DNA of 64,000 bases from Azolla caroliniana (taxonomy: Eukaryota; Plantae; Polypodiophyta): assembly GCA_043228905.1 (NCBI GenBank), contig JBHGNT010000014.1, positions 5,952,001-6,016,000 of the forward strand, given 5' to 3'. Each line of letters starts with the position of its first letter. Positions within the stretch are counted from its first letter, which is position 1. The translations under genes and the position numbers were made by a program. The notes beneath the pieces are model-generated. The model saw only the letters and a program-made list of their open reading frames with translations, did not search any database and was not told the origin of the DNA. Of the stretch, positions 49,850 through 62,000 are shown piece by piece.

Positions 49850-51310
49850 AACAAGAGAGGATAGTACTAAGTTATTGATTAGTACTAATGCACGAGAGAG
49901 GATAATACTAAGTTGGAGATTAGTACTAATAGACGAGAGAGGGAAGTGCTACATTATTAAGTAGTACTAATGCACGAGAAAGGATAGTATTAAGTAGGAA
50001 ATTAGTATTAACAGACAAAAACGGGGAGTGGTAAGTTACTAATAAGTACTAATGCATGAGAGAGAACAACCATAAGTTATAAGTTGGTCGTAATGAACAA
50101 AGTTGGAGAATACTAAGTTATTAATTAGTACTAGTGCATGACAGAGGACAGTCCTAAGTTATAAGTTGGTCTTAATGAACAAAGTTGGACAATACTAAGT
50201 TATAAATTAGTATTAATGCATGATAGAGGACAGTCCTAAGTTATAAGTTGGTCTTAATGAACAAAGTTGGATAGTACTAAGTTAATAATTAGTACTAATG
50301 AACATGGTTGGATAGTACTGTTGAGCGGCAAGCTCAACCGGAGCCGGATCGGCTGAATAAGCCGGAGCCGGTAAGCGAGACGGATCGGGCGAAACGGATC
50401 GGTATGACGGTGAGCAACCGAACCGGCAAGCAGTGGAGGCCGGGTGCAATCCGTAACCGGCAGTCCAATCGGAAGCCTAGAATAGGATAGACTACTAGGT
50501 ATCTATAGTCTCGTAGTAAGTGTCAGATGCTCGTGTGAGCATTGAAGTACATGGTACTTCTGTCAGTCCCAAGAGGACTTGTATAAATAGTACTACTTAA
50601 CACAGTGTGGATATGCAGAGTCTTGATATAATTTTGAAATTGCGTTCTGCTCTCTCTGTCTCTCTCTCTCTCTATGTGTGTGTTGTTCTCTGTCTTTACG
50701 CTTCTGCAAACACTTACGTTTACAAGTACTAAGTTAATAATTAGTATTAATGAGAGAGAACAATCCTAAGTTATAAATTAGTACTAACGAACAAAGTTCA
50801 ATACAACTAAGTTATGAATTAGTACAAACATTACTAAGAGGGGGCAATGTAAGTATTAATTAGTGCTCGTGCTTGCCAGATGGCAGCCCAAAGTTATAAA
50901 TTAGTACTAATGAATGAAAGAGGATAGTATTAACTTATTCATTAGTACTAATGCACAAGAGAGGGCAATGTTGAGATATAAATTAGTACTTGTGCCAATG
51001 AAGGAATACAATCCTAAGTTATAAATTAGTACTTGTGCAAGTGGGATCTGAGTACTTAGTTGTAAACCATTGTTAGTACTTGTGCATGTGCACCTTTTGG
51101 GGACAATACTATGTTGTAAATTACGGATAAATTACAAGGCCTCAACTTTAATTAGTACTTGTACACGTAGGATGATAGTACTAACCTGTAAGTTAAGTTT
51201 ACTTAACATGGTTATAACCACAATCAATACTAGTGAATCTAGGACGACAGTACTAACTTGTAAGTTAAGTTTACTTAACATGGTTATTACCATAATTAGT
51301 ACTAGTGAAT
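49850..51310. repeat. Degenerate ~40-bp minisatellite in the transposase intron
   Basis: Many units resembling TTAGTACTAATGCACGAGAGAGGATAGTACTAAGTTA, interrupted by a solo LTR. Confidence 0.8.
50319..50724 (+). mobile_element. Solo LTR related to the copia C LTR
   Basis: TGTTGAGCGGCAAGCTCAACC...TTTACA with TSD AGTAC. Confidence 0.93.
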
Positions 51311-54300
51311 CTAGGAGGAGAGAACTAAATGGCCAATTAGTTCAGATTCACATTCCAAGACAGTATTGGTGCATGTAGATGGAGATTTACTAATTCAGTA
51401 TTTTATACAAACATTTATAAGTACTATGGAGTATTACCAAAATAGACTTCCATTTATAAGTACCAAACATATGGATTATTTCCTCACCTTGCAATGAAGT
51501 AGAAGGACCGGGCCGCCTTAAATTGTGAGGCAACACCATCAGACCAAACCCAATACCGATTAAAGTTAACACCCAAGGACAATAAATCTGCATGGTGAAG
51601 CTTAAAACAATGTTGAACAAATAACGTATCATGCTTTTTATCATTTGAAATGTAGAATATTGATTTCTTCTGTAACTCACCGTCTTTTCTTTAGTAGCAA
51701 ATATGTACAAGTATTGTACATTGGTCATTGTACCAATGCATTGATTGAACCTCATTTTGAACTTTAAACGTATAGTTCTCTGCAAAGTCAATAACATATA
51801 CTATAATATCTAGTGGTAAGTTATTTATACATTCCTTGAACTGTGAATTTTGCCAATAACTCCTAAAGTTATGTGGAATGAACTCCTCGAGTTGGTTCTT
51901 AAACTCTGAGACAAGGGTAGCAGCACATGTCTCCTTATATACTTCCTTTATACACTTACTAACAAGACCCTTACCTATATTTTCTATCACATACTCTAAA
52001 TATTTCCATTTCACAATATGACAGTTATCTACATCAAGTTCTTGTCTACAAAATGGTGGTCGTGGGCAAACTTTACATGTTCTTAGAAGACATGTACGAT
52101 TATGTCACTCAAATGATGGTTGTTTTTCACAAACAAAAGACCTCCATAACTTAGAAACCGATGCATAAGTCATGTTTCATGCATTACATCTATTATCACT
52201 CCCATTTGGTCTACATAACTCACAAGTGCAAACACACCCATCCCCGTGTATACCCTTAGAATTAGTATGCATAGTGTTCAGGCCAATCCTTAACATGTCC
52301 ATTTTAATGTGGTACACACAACAACATGTGTTCCTCTCTTTTAACTTTCTAACAAAAAACGTTTTCAAACGTTGGAACTTGCGAAATCCAAGATTGATGT
52401 TAATATGTTGGTCTTTGCAATTCATGAACAATTCTGCCTACATCACTCAATAAATAACAAACGTTAATAGAATCCTTTAGTAAAAAAAATATTTAGAAAC
52501 AAATAGATAAAAACAAAAGAATTACCTCAGTTATCTCCAAGAAGTGTCTTGGGTGAATCTGGTACCTACCCCGACTTATACATTGTCTACATACATCTTT
52601 TTTATTCGGTGAGACACGAGTGTTTTTTGTCCAAAAGGAATCCACTTTCTCAATAATCTCATAAGACAAGGCATTACATCGTCGTCTTCGGCCTTACCCC
52701 AACCACTTAAATTGATTTGACTGTATATTTGTCTGATGCTTCTTCAAGTTTCTTCTTTGAATACCAAGGGCTAAGGCAACTTTAGTATTATTATTATTAT
52801 TTTTCTTGTGCCATTTACAACCATGTGAAGGGTTGCTCTCTTTTCACCAAGCTTATCTATGCTCTCTACCCCTTTCACTAAGTGTAGCGATGATTTCATA
52901 GACTCTACAATCTCCTCTGAAACACATTGGTCCCTAAACTTAATATTCTCAATGCACTCATTCAAAAGTTGATGGTGTAACACTCTACAGATAATATCCT
53001 TGCGATCTTCCCTGGTAAATCTCTCAATTACTTCTAGTAAATAACGAACTATGTGAAGAACCACCCGTCTCTTGCTCCTCTCAGACATAGAATTGTTATA
53101 TGCCAACTCTACCATTGCCACTCTCATGTATTCTAGCACCTAATTTCTTGTTATTTCAGTACCTAATTAATCAAAATAAATTCTTAATACATCGTAGAAT
53201 AAACGTACTTAATACGTCAATGCAAACCACATCAACCCGTTTTCGAATAAACATGTACGATAATACCACACACATATATTCCTTTAACAAAACAATACAA
53301 TACTAAGGCTAATATAAAAGTCAAGTTTTATGTGTTATCCACATGTGCCTAACATCATTGGCAGAAGATTATCATTTTATTAAGATCGGGAAATAGTACA
53401 AATAACAATATGCTCAACGTAATATGGTAACAATGAACAAGTAGATGGAAATGATAACGACAATAATAATCATGATGATGATGAAGACATAATCTTTTCA
53501 GCATAAATAAATCTTAAAGTTTCCATTTGAAAGGATAAACAATAAATATTAAAGCTTAAAAAATAGTTCTGAAATAACCAACGCTTAAAAAACAGTTCTG
53601 AAAAACAATTTTGAAGACATACCGAGGGAACGAGACGACATACCGAGGGAAGGAGAAGACATACCGACGAAAGGCGAAGATGGCTCAGATGTGTGACACA
53701 AAGAACGCTTGATCATTTTCAACTAGGTTTGATTCGTAGATAAGGAATGGCTTGATCAGATGTCTTGGGGACATTCGCGTGGTGTGAATACCTGAGATGT
53801 AGAGAACGACAAATAGTGAATCTGAGATGGGCTCGGTTGGAAGGAGGAAGGGGATGCACCAAAATGGTGAGAAGCGCCAAATTCAATTAATGTGGCATGC
53901 TAGATTAAAAGTGAGGGGGAAATAGCCCCCAAATCAGTCCTAACTCCTGAATACGCAACAATTGCCTCCTCCCATTAAATGCAACGTGTACTACCCCCAC
54001 CCGACTCCCTAAAAAGATTATAAAAATTTTCTATTTTTTAAAAGCTTTTTAATAATTACTTAGTACTAATAGTAGTAAAAGTACTCGTGTTTTTCTTGGC
54101 CAAAAACATTACTTTTTTGGTACACTGTAGCATGCTTCGACCCTATCTATTTCTACCTTAGCCACTTCATCGTCAACAAACTCCTCAGAAACTTTCACAT
54201 TCTCCCTTATATAATCTTCTATTAATATATTTTCCATGCATCTGAAATGTTCCCAATGACTATCATCTTTCTCAATATCATCATGTCGCATTGCATCAAC

Positions 54301-54708
54301 ATAAGACATGTCATTACTACTATCTCCAATACATTGTTTTCTTTTACCATCCCCTCTTGGGCTCGATACTGACTCAACCATGCATGCATCCTTTGAAGAT
54401 TTTGGAGACTCATCCATATTCATGAAAACACTACCATCCATATGACAAGAAATAGGAGACAACACACTTACAAATAATTGTGTTGGAGAAGGAATCAAAT
54501 CAAGCGATCATGAGATGCATGCAACTGAATGGAAATTTTACTCGTAATGTTCTACCAAGATTACCAAATGATACGTGTTGATACTCTTTAGAAATATCTC
54601 TCTGCAAGCTATGAAACGAGCAAAAGAACAAAGGAAATGGATACAGTAGCAAGAAGATACATCAAAAATAGTGTTTGTCCTTCTCTAACATCTCCCAACT
54701 TTGCGTTT

Positions 54709-54756
<48 letters not shown>

Positions 54757-54759
54757 ACG

Positions 54760-57700
54760 TAACCCCCTTGGGAGGGGGGTGGTGCCATTCTTGGCTTCAC
54801 TCTTCACCCAACAACACCACCCATGTCCTGGTCTTGGCCTTCTTCTTTCGGTGGGCTCTATCCTCCTTGGCTCTTCCACGTCTGCCGCCTCCTCCGTCCC
54901 TTCCAGACATTTGGACTTGTTTAGTTGTTTCGGCTTCTTCTTCAACTCTCCTCTTGACTTCATCAAGCTTTTTCTCTAACTCGTTACCTTTGTTCTCCTC
55001 TCTAACTATCCCACATGTTCCAGTTATCCCACTTGTTCACCCCCTCAAGTGCGACATGTTGAGATGTTGTAGTCCAAGCATCTCCAAAAAGTATTGTAAC
55101 ATGTCCAGTACGACCGCCTTGGTGAATATGTCAGCAACCTACCAATCGGTACAAACATAACGACGTTCGACTTCACCGCTCAAGACCCGGTCAGGCATAA
55201 ATTGGTAATGCACTTCTATGTGCTTCATGTGAGCATGGAATATAGGGTTCTTGGCCAGTTGTATGTTATTGATGTTGTTGTAGTAGATAGGAATCAGAGT
55301 GGGAACGTCAACCTATAGATCTTGCAGTAGTCTCTTGAGCCATATGGCCTCACATGTCGCAATGGTGGCACCTCTGTACTGAACCTTGGTGCTTGATCTG
55401 GCCATTGGCGGTTGCTTCTTATTGCTCCATGCTATCTCCACGCTCCCAAGGGAAAACATTTGCTTTGTTGGCGGTCATACTTGCTTTGTCCGAGGGTTAT
55501 AGCATTTGTACCCCTTCTGTTCATGCGAGTAGTCGACCAACATGCATTTCTCTGACTTGGCTTCTAGCTTCTTCCGCTTCTCATCTAGTGCATGCACATA
55601 CGCAATGCTACTGAATACTCTTAGGTGCTTCAAATTTGGCTTGCGCCGGAAATACAGCTAATGTGCTGACACCCCTTCCTCCGTGTCTAGAAATCCCATT
55701 TTGGATGTACACAACCGTCTGAACAACTTTGACCCAATAAAGCTTGGGCATGCTTTTCTCTTCTAGCATTGCCCGAGCCGCTTCCATAATCGAATGTTTC
55801 TACATTTCGACTACTCAATTATTCTGAGGAGTATATCTGCAGTTGAATTCGCATCGAATTCGAATTCCCATTTGTTGTAGATAACAATTAAATTGGCTGG
55901 AAAAGTATTCTTTTCCATCGTTCGACTGCATACAATTGATTTTCCTCTCTGTTTCCTGCTCTACAAGATTCTTCAAGTTCAGGAAATAGGAGAAGACACT
56001 ACTCTTCTTTTCTATGAGATAAATCCATGTGTGTTGGATGTAGTCGTCGATGAAGGAGACGAAATATCGAGTCCTACCAATACTCACATTCTGTGCTAGT
56101 CGTCACACATCCAAATGAATTAGGTCAAGCTTGTTATGGTTCCAATATTGCTCGTTGGGGAAAGGAATTCAGTGCTACTTCCCTAATTAACAGTCTTCAC
56201 AAACTTGGGCCTTCCGGCCACCGAACTTTGGCAAGCCGAACCTACATTCTTTGTTCAACAATTTGTCCAACCGACACGAAATTCTTGGTGATTTTCGGAA
56301 CGTACATGACGTCCATGTGTCTCCCTTTCTGGCTGACATGGCTCAAGGGAATGTTACCAACATGCTTGATGGATGTGAGGAATCGTCACCAATTTTGACG
56401 ACCCCCGACTGTTCCGGCTTCTCTAGATATGAGAACCACTCTTCGTGCCTCGTCTTCATGTGATTCAATGCTCTGAAATCGACATAGCGCACCTCGTTTT
56501 GTTTTGAGATGCTCGTCTTTATCGAGTTGGCCTTATGCTTCATTAGAAATGCAGGACCGTTCCGATTTGGTTCGAGCCTTCAACGAAGTGCAATTATTGA
56601 TGATTTCCCTGTGCTTTGCCAGACTCGGCTTTGTCGGAGTTGGCTTTCTTCTTCCACCACTCACTTTCCTTGTGACCCTTCCGGCCACAATACTAGTAGT
56701 AGGTGGCTTTGTTTTGTCTGCCTCCGGCACCAGTCAAACTCTCCTTGCTTGTGGAGGGTCCACTACTGTCGGCACCTCCTTTGTGCCTCCTGTTCTACTC
56801 TTGTCAGCCGCTACCATTGCGTGTCGATCCACTGCGTTCTCCATGACCACGGGGCCTATCCACCTTCGTGTGGTTTTCTTGGACCATAAACATCGATTGT
56901 AGGTTGAAGAATGACAGTGGTTTCTCCCTCGTGCAAATAGTCGTTCGGATTGGCCCCTACCTTGGAGCTAGACCACCAAGGGCAATCTGTACCATCTCTT
57001 CCTCATCCACCGACACATTGATGGACCCTAAGGCATCACATATCTCCTTGATCTTCGTGGTGTATTTGTTCATAGACATATCATTCTGCCTAATCTTGTT
57101 GAGCTCTTAGTGAAACTACAACTTTCAAGCTGTGGTACTTGCGTCTTCTTCAGATTTTCCCATGCCTCCTTTGGCGTCTTTACATTCTGGATGTAGTCTA
57201 GCATCTGATCATGCACACAAGATGCAAGGCATTACAGGACTCTACTTGCTCCTTGCCCCTAGTCCCAAAAATCCTTGTGTGCCGATTCGGGCGCTACTTC
57301 ATTTTCTCCTTGGATGTAACTCTAGTAGCCATGCCTGAGCAGGTACTATTGCATTTTGTATTCTCAAGATGCGTAGTTGCTTCTGACCAACTTCTCTGTC
57401 GGAAGAGCACCGCCCATGCTTTATCCATGTTTCTGTTCTTCCTTTTCCGTAACCTTGCTTATGACTCTCTTTAATAAGCTACGTCAACTGTAGACGATGA
57501 GCTTCTCAACCCACACGCGCTGATACCATGAAAAGATTTACATGTGGAAGCTTGTGAACTAACAATAGGTCGGTTATACGGAAGACGAATAGTTCGTTAA
57601 CAAATAACATAGAGTACAAGAGAGAGAGTGAGACTGAGTGAAAGCAGACCAAACAAGTCTATTACAAAAAAATCTCAGTACAATTCATAGTGTTTATGTG

Positions 57701-57839
57701 CACTTTATATATACAAGACCTTCTATTAGGGTCGTTAAGGAGTATTGACATGTACTTCAATGCTCTTAGCAAAGTATTTGAGACAAATGGCCTACGTTGG
57801 ACCTATTTAATAAAATAGGTCGACTCTGTTATTCACTTA
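54760..57839 (-). mobile_element. Old, internally deleted Ty1/copia element (A/C-like)
   Basis: Partial 5' LTR 57529-~57839, PBS TGGTATCAGCGC 57517-57528, and gag, integrase (YFVSFIDDY) and RNase H remnants. Most of the RT is missing. Confidence 0.8.
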
Positions 57840-58029
57840 GCCATGTGTTACCGGCCAGCAAGGAGTCCAAAATACGGAGTGAAGGAATTAATTAAGTATG
57901 GTTGTAATAAGCATAGTGTGGACGGACGGACTGGAAACGGTACCCGTCCACACTATGCTTATTACAACCATACTTAATTAATTCCTTCACTCCGTATTTT
58001 GGACTCCTTGCCGGCCGGTAACACATGGC
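57840..58029. repeat. Fold-back inverted repeat of a gypsy LTR 5' end
   Basis: Arms 57840-57925 and 57944-58029 (86 bp, 1 mismatch) with an 18-nt spacer. Confidence 0.95.
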
Positions 58030-58075
58030 ACGCCCGTGGGACAGTACCTTGTACGTCGAACCCTTCTCAGCCCCT

Positions 58076-59098
58076 TCATTGTTCACCCAAATTGTCCAAA
58101 ATACTTTGTTCAAGAATTTCCACTTGTTCTTCCGGTTGTGGTTGTTGCGGCTGTGCTTGCTGCTGCTGCTGTGGTTGCGGTTGGGACTGAGGCTGCTCCG
58201 CCTGCTCTGCTTGCTGCTGCTGCTCCGTTTGTTTCGCTGACTCCGGCTGCTCCGTTTGTCTCTCTGACTCCGGCATCTCCGTTTGACTGCTTCCGGTCCG
58301 GTCTCCTTCCCGTAACGGTTCCTCATCACTGAGGTTGACCGTAACCGGTTCTCGTTCTTTCTCTCCCCGGATCCGGGACCTCTCGTAGCTTTCAAACTGG
58401 ATCTGCGCCTCCAGCCTGTCGTCGTCCAGCTGAGCTACAAGTTGCCGAACCTGCCCTAGTTGGTCATCTGCCAAGGCTTGAAAGTCTTCGGCAAGCTCAT
58501 CTCTTATGCCGGTGAAGTCTTCGGAAGTCAGCATATAGCAATCATCTCCCTCCTTCCGCCGGTTCTCTACGTCGGCCCGGAGCAGTTGGAGTTCCGCCGC
58601 GTTCGTGGCCCACTTGGTCCACCATTTGACGGAACCGTTGTCAATCAAGCTCTTGGTCTGGTTCAACCAGGCCCGCATTATATCCTAGATGCGACTTGCT
58701 CCCATTTGCGCTCTACTTTCCACCACTTGTCGCTCCTCCTTCAACTGCTTGATGAGATTTGCCGTATCCTCCGCCTGCTCTCTGTAGCGCGTCAGCTGCC
58801 CTTGATATGTCGTTTGCAGCCTCTGCAGTACCTCCGCCGCTCTTTCTTTTTCCGCCTGCTGTTGCCTGAGGAGCTCTGTCCGAACCTTCTCTGCCTCCTC
58901 CAACCGTCTTCTGGTTTCCGCTTGTTCCTTGGCGAATGCGGTTGCGGTCCGATCAACTACTTGCCGGAGCTCATCCGTCCGTTCCTTGTGCTCCGTTTGC
59001 AACCGTTTATACTCCCGGTGCAATTGCTCAAATTCCTCCGTTTTTTGTTTGAGCTTGGCGTTGATCTGGCGATGGTTCCGGTCCTCCCGGTCCTTTAC
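58076..59098 (-). pseudogene. Coiled-coil/Gln-rich ORF, probably an extra ORF of a gypsy element, interrupted by copia E
   Basis: ORFs 58685-59023 and 58076-58678 are in the same frame, separated by one TAG. The protein has E/Q/R-rich heptads followed by QPQ repeats and ends about 50 bp before the LTR start at 58023. Confidence 0.55.
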
Positions 59099-62000
59099 TG
59101 ATGGAAATAGTCGTCAACACTTTCCAAACTTCACCTCTCGGCCACAACCAAGGAAACACACGGATCGTTGTTGCAGAAAATGGGAAATGCAGAAGTAAAT
59201 AGAGGGACACACAATTTAACGTGGAAAACCCTGTACGGGAAAAACCACGGGAGTACAAGACTCCGAACCAATACTATGCACAGAGAAGTATACAATGGCG
59301 AGCTGCAAGGCGACGACCTTGAGCTCGCTGTCCTCGCCACAGGCGGCGGAAATACACAGAGGCGTCTACCTCTTCCTCTCTTACGCTCTATCTCTCTCTC
59401 TCTCACGGCTGCTCTCTCTTCACTCCTCTTGAGTGGAAAAACAGAAAAATGAGTAGCAACATTAAAACTGTTTGCCCTAAGTCATATTTATACACATATG
59501 ACTTTGGGGATATTTACAACTATAGCCTCAGGGGCCCTTGGAAAACATATTCACGGATATGTCCCCGCATCCGGATCTCTCTCCGGGTACATTCGTCATC
59601 CGGCTCCGAAGCCGGGGTCTTCATCATCCGGTTCCGAAACCGAAACCGGGCTTGTCGGCATTCATCTCCGACATCCGACCATCCCATCCGAAGGGACCGT
59701 AATCCCAACAAACTCCCCCTTCACTTCGGCATGGGATGTCTCTCCAATCCGATCCTCTTCCAGCATGCTTCCAGCTTGTCGGGTGTGAGCACCTTGGTCA
59801 GCATATCCGACCCGTTCTCGTCAGTGTGGACCTTCGTCAGCACGAACTCCTTGTCTTCTATCCTTTCCCGGATCCAGTGATATCTTCGCTGGATGTGCTT
59901 CGTCCGGGAGTGATAGGCCGCGTTCTTCGCAAGGTGGATTGCACTCTGACTGTCGCAGTAGAGTCGGTACTCCTCCTGCCGGATACCGAGCTCTCTAATG
60001 AAGTCCTTCATCCATATTATTTCCTTGCCGGCTTCAACAGCCGCCATGTACTCCGCCTCCGTGGTTGACAACGCAACCGTCTTCTGCAGCCTCGACTGCC
60101 ATGAAACAGCTCCCCCTGCATACGTCATCACATACCCTGATGTGGACCGGCTGGTATCTGCATCAGCCGACATATCCGAATCGGTAAAGCCGTCGAGTTC
60201 GGGCTTACCGGAGCCGAATCGGAGGCACACGTTTGCCGTGCCCTTCAGGTATCGGAGTATCCACTTGGCCACGTTCCAATGCTCTTTGCCGGGATTGCTC
60301 ATGTACCGGCTCACCACTCCGACTGCGTATCCTATGTCCGGTCGGGTACACACCATCGCGTACATCAAGCTCCCGACGGCAGAGGCATATGGTACTTTCA
60401 TCATGTCCTCCTTCTCAGCCTTTGTCTTGGGGCTTTGCTTGCTGGACAGCTTGTAGTTTGCCGGGAGTGTTGACCCGACTGGTCTTGCTTCCGACATGTT
60501 GAACCGGTGAAGCACCTTTGTCACGTACTTCTCCTGTGACAGCCACAACTGCTTCTTCTTCCGGTCCCGGATGATATGCATCCCTAGTATTTGCCTCGCC
60601 GGACCCAATTCCTTCATTGAGAAGGTTCGGTGAAGAGCCTTCTTCAGCATCCGTATCTTGACCTTGTCCCGCCCGACGATCAACATGTCGTCCACGTACG
60701 GGAGGAGTATTAGGAAGTCTCCTCCTTCGAACTTCTTCACAAACACGTAGTGGTCGGACTGCGTTTTGAGGTACCCTTCGTCGGTCATGAAGGAGTCGAA
60801 CTTCCGGTACCATTGCTGGGGAGCCTGCTTCAGTCCGTAAAGGCTCTTCTTCAACCGGCATACCAGGTGCTCCTTCCCTTTCTTCTCGAATCCTTCCGGT
60901 TGCTGCATGTAGATCTCTTCTTCGAGGTCACCGTGAAGGAATGCCGTCTTCACGTCCATCTGTTCTACCTCGAGGTCCATGCTTGCCGCTATGCTCAGCA
61001 CCGTCCGGATGGAGGTCATCTTCACTACCGGGGCGAATATCTCATCGAAGTCGACGCCCTTCTTCTGCTGAAACCCCTTCACCACGATCCTGGCTTTGTA
61101 TCTCGGGGGGTTTTCGGCATCTCCCGGTTTCAGCTTGAACACCCACTTGTTTCGAAGTGCCCGCTTTCCTTTCGGCAACTCCACAAGTTCATATGTGTGG
61201 TTCTCATGCAGGGAATCCATCTCATCCTGCATGGCACTCAACCACCTGCGGCTCTGGGTGTCATGCTTTGCTTCTTCAAAGCTCTCCGGCTCCCCCTCGT
61301 CGGTTAGCAGCACATGCTCTGGTTCCGGAAATCTCCGGGGGGGCCTTCTCTCTCTTAGAGGATATCTCCGTTCCGGAGCTTCGGTAACCGGTTCTTCCGA
61401 TTCTTCTTCATCCGAATCCATTTCGGGATCGGGGCCGGTTCCGGTATCATTTTCATCTTCTTCGGCCGGTTCTGTTTCTTCACCGTCTTCGGCCGGATCC
61501 TCGAGTGCTAACCGGTCCCTTGCCGGTCGGGACTGCTCCTCGTAGAGTTGATCCTCACCGGTCGACTTGGAGCTCTTCATCTTCTTCTCCGACTTCCAGT
61601 CGGCGAGTGTCTTGTCCTCCATGAAGATGATATCACGACTCCTGAATATCTTCTTGTCGACCGGGTCCCATACTCGGTAGCCGAACTCATCGTCGCCGTA
61701 ACCGAGGAATATGCAAGGCCGGGTCTTTGGATCTAGCTTTCCTCTCCGAACCTTTGCCACATGCACGTATGCGAGACACCCGAACACCTTCAGATGCCGA
61801 TAGGATACTTCCCTACCGGTCCACACTCTCTGCGGCGTGTCCCCGTCCAAAGGTACTGAGGGTGATCTGTTTATCACGTATGTCGCCGTCGACATCGCCT
61901 CAGCCCAAAACCCCTTGGGTAATTCCGCATGCGCCAGCATACTCCGGACCCTCTCCATTATGGTCTGGTTCATCCTCTCGGCCAGCCCGTTTAGTTCCGG

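Larger units (their letters stand above)
48853..53140 (-). pseudogene. Intron-containing Sola2-like DDD transposase (disrupted)
   Basis: Motifs in order: IDFAENY...QNEVQSMHW (D at 51787-51789), FYISNDKKHDTLFVQHCF, WVWSDGVASQFK (D at 51538-51540), a GT-AG intron at 49738-51487, WNYFWSGHGKGEHDGAG (D at 49665-49667), then RSLSCFCSMC. Upstream lies TCCCVYH. Several stops and frameshifts are present. Confidence 0.8.
40718..54143 (-). mobile_element. 13.4-kb TIR DNA transposon, Sola2-like
   Basis: Inverted termini are AAGCACACTACGGTGTACCAA (40718-40738) and TTGGTACACTGTAGCATGCTT-CGACCC (54117-54143). The three mismatches are all consistent with CpG decay. The same L1-remnant host sequence lies on both sides, and a DDD transposase lies inside. 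Confidence 0.75.

Noticed and set aside
49850-51310. ~40-bp periodic array resembling a CRISPR array
   Set aside because: The units are degenerate tandem copies without unique spacers, there are no cas genes, and the array lies in a eukaryotic intron.
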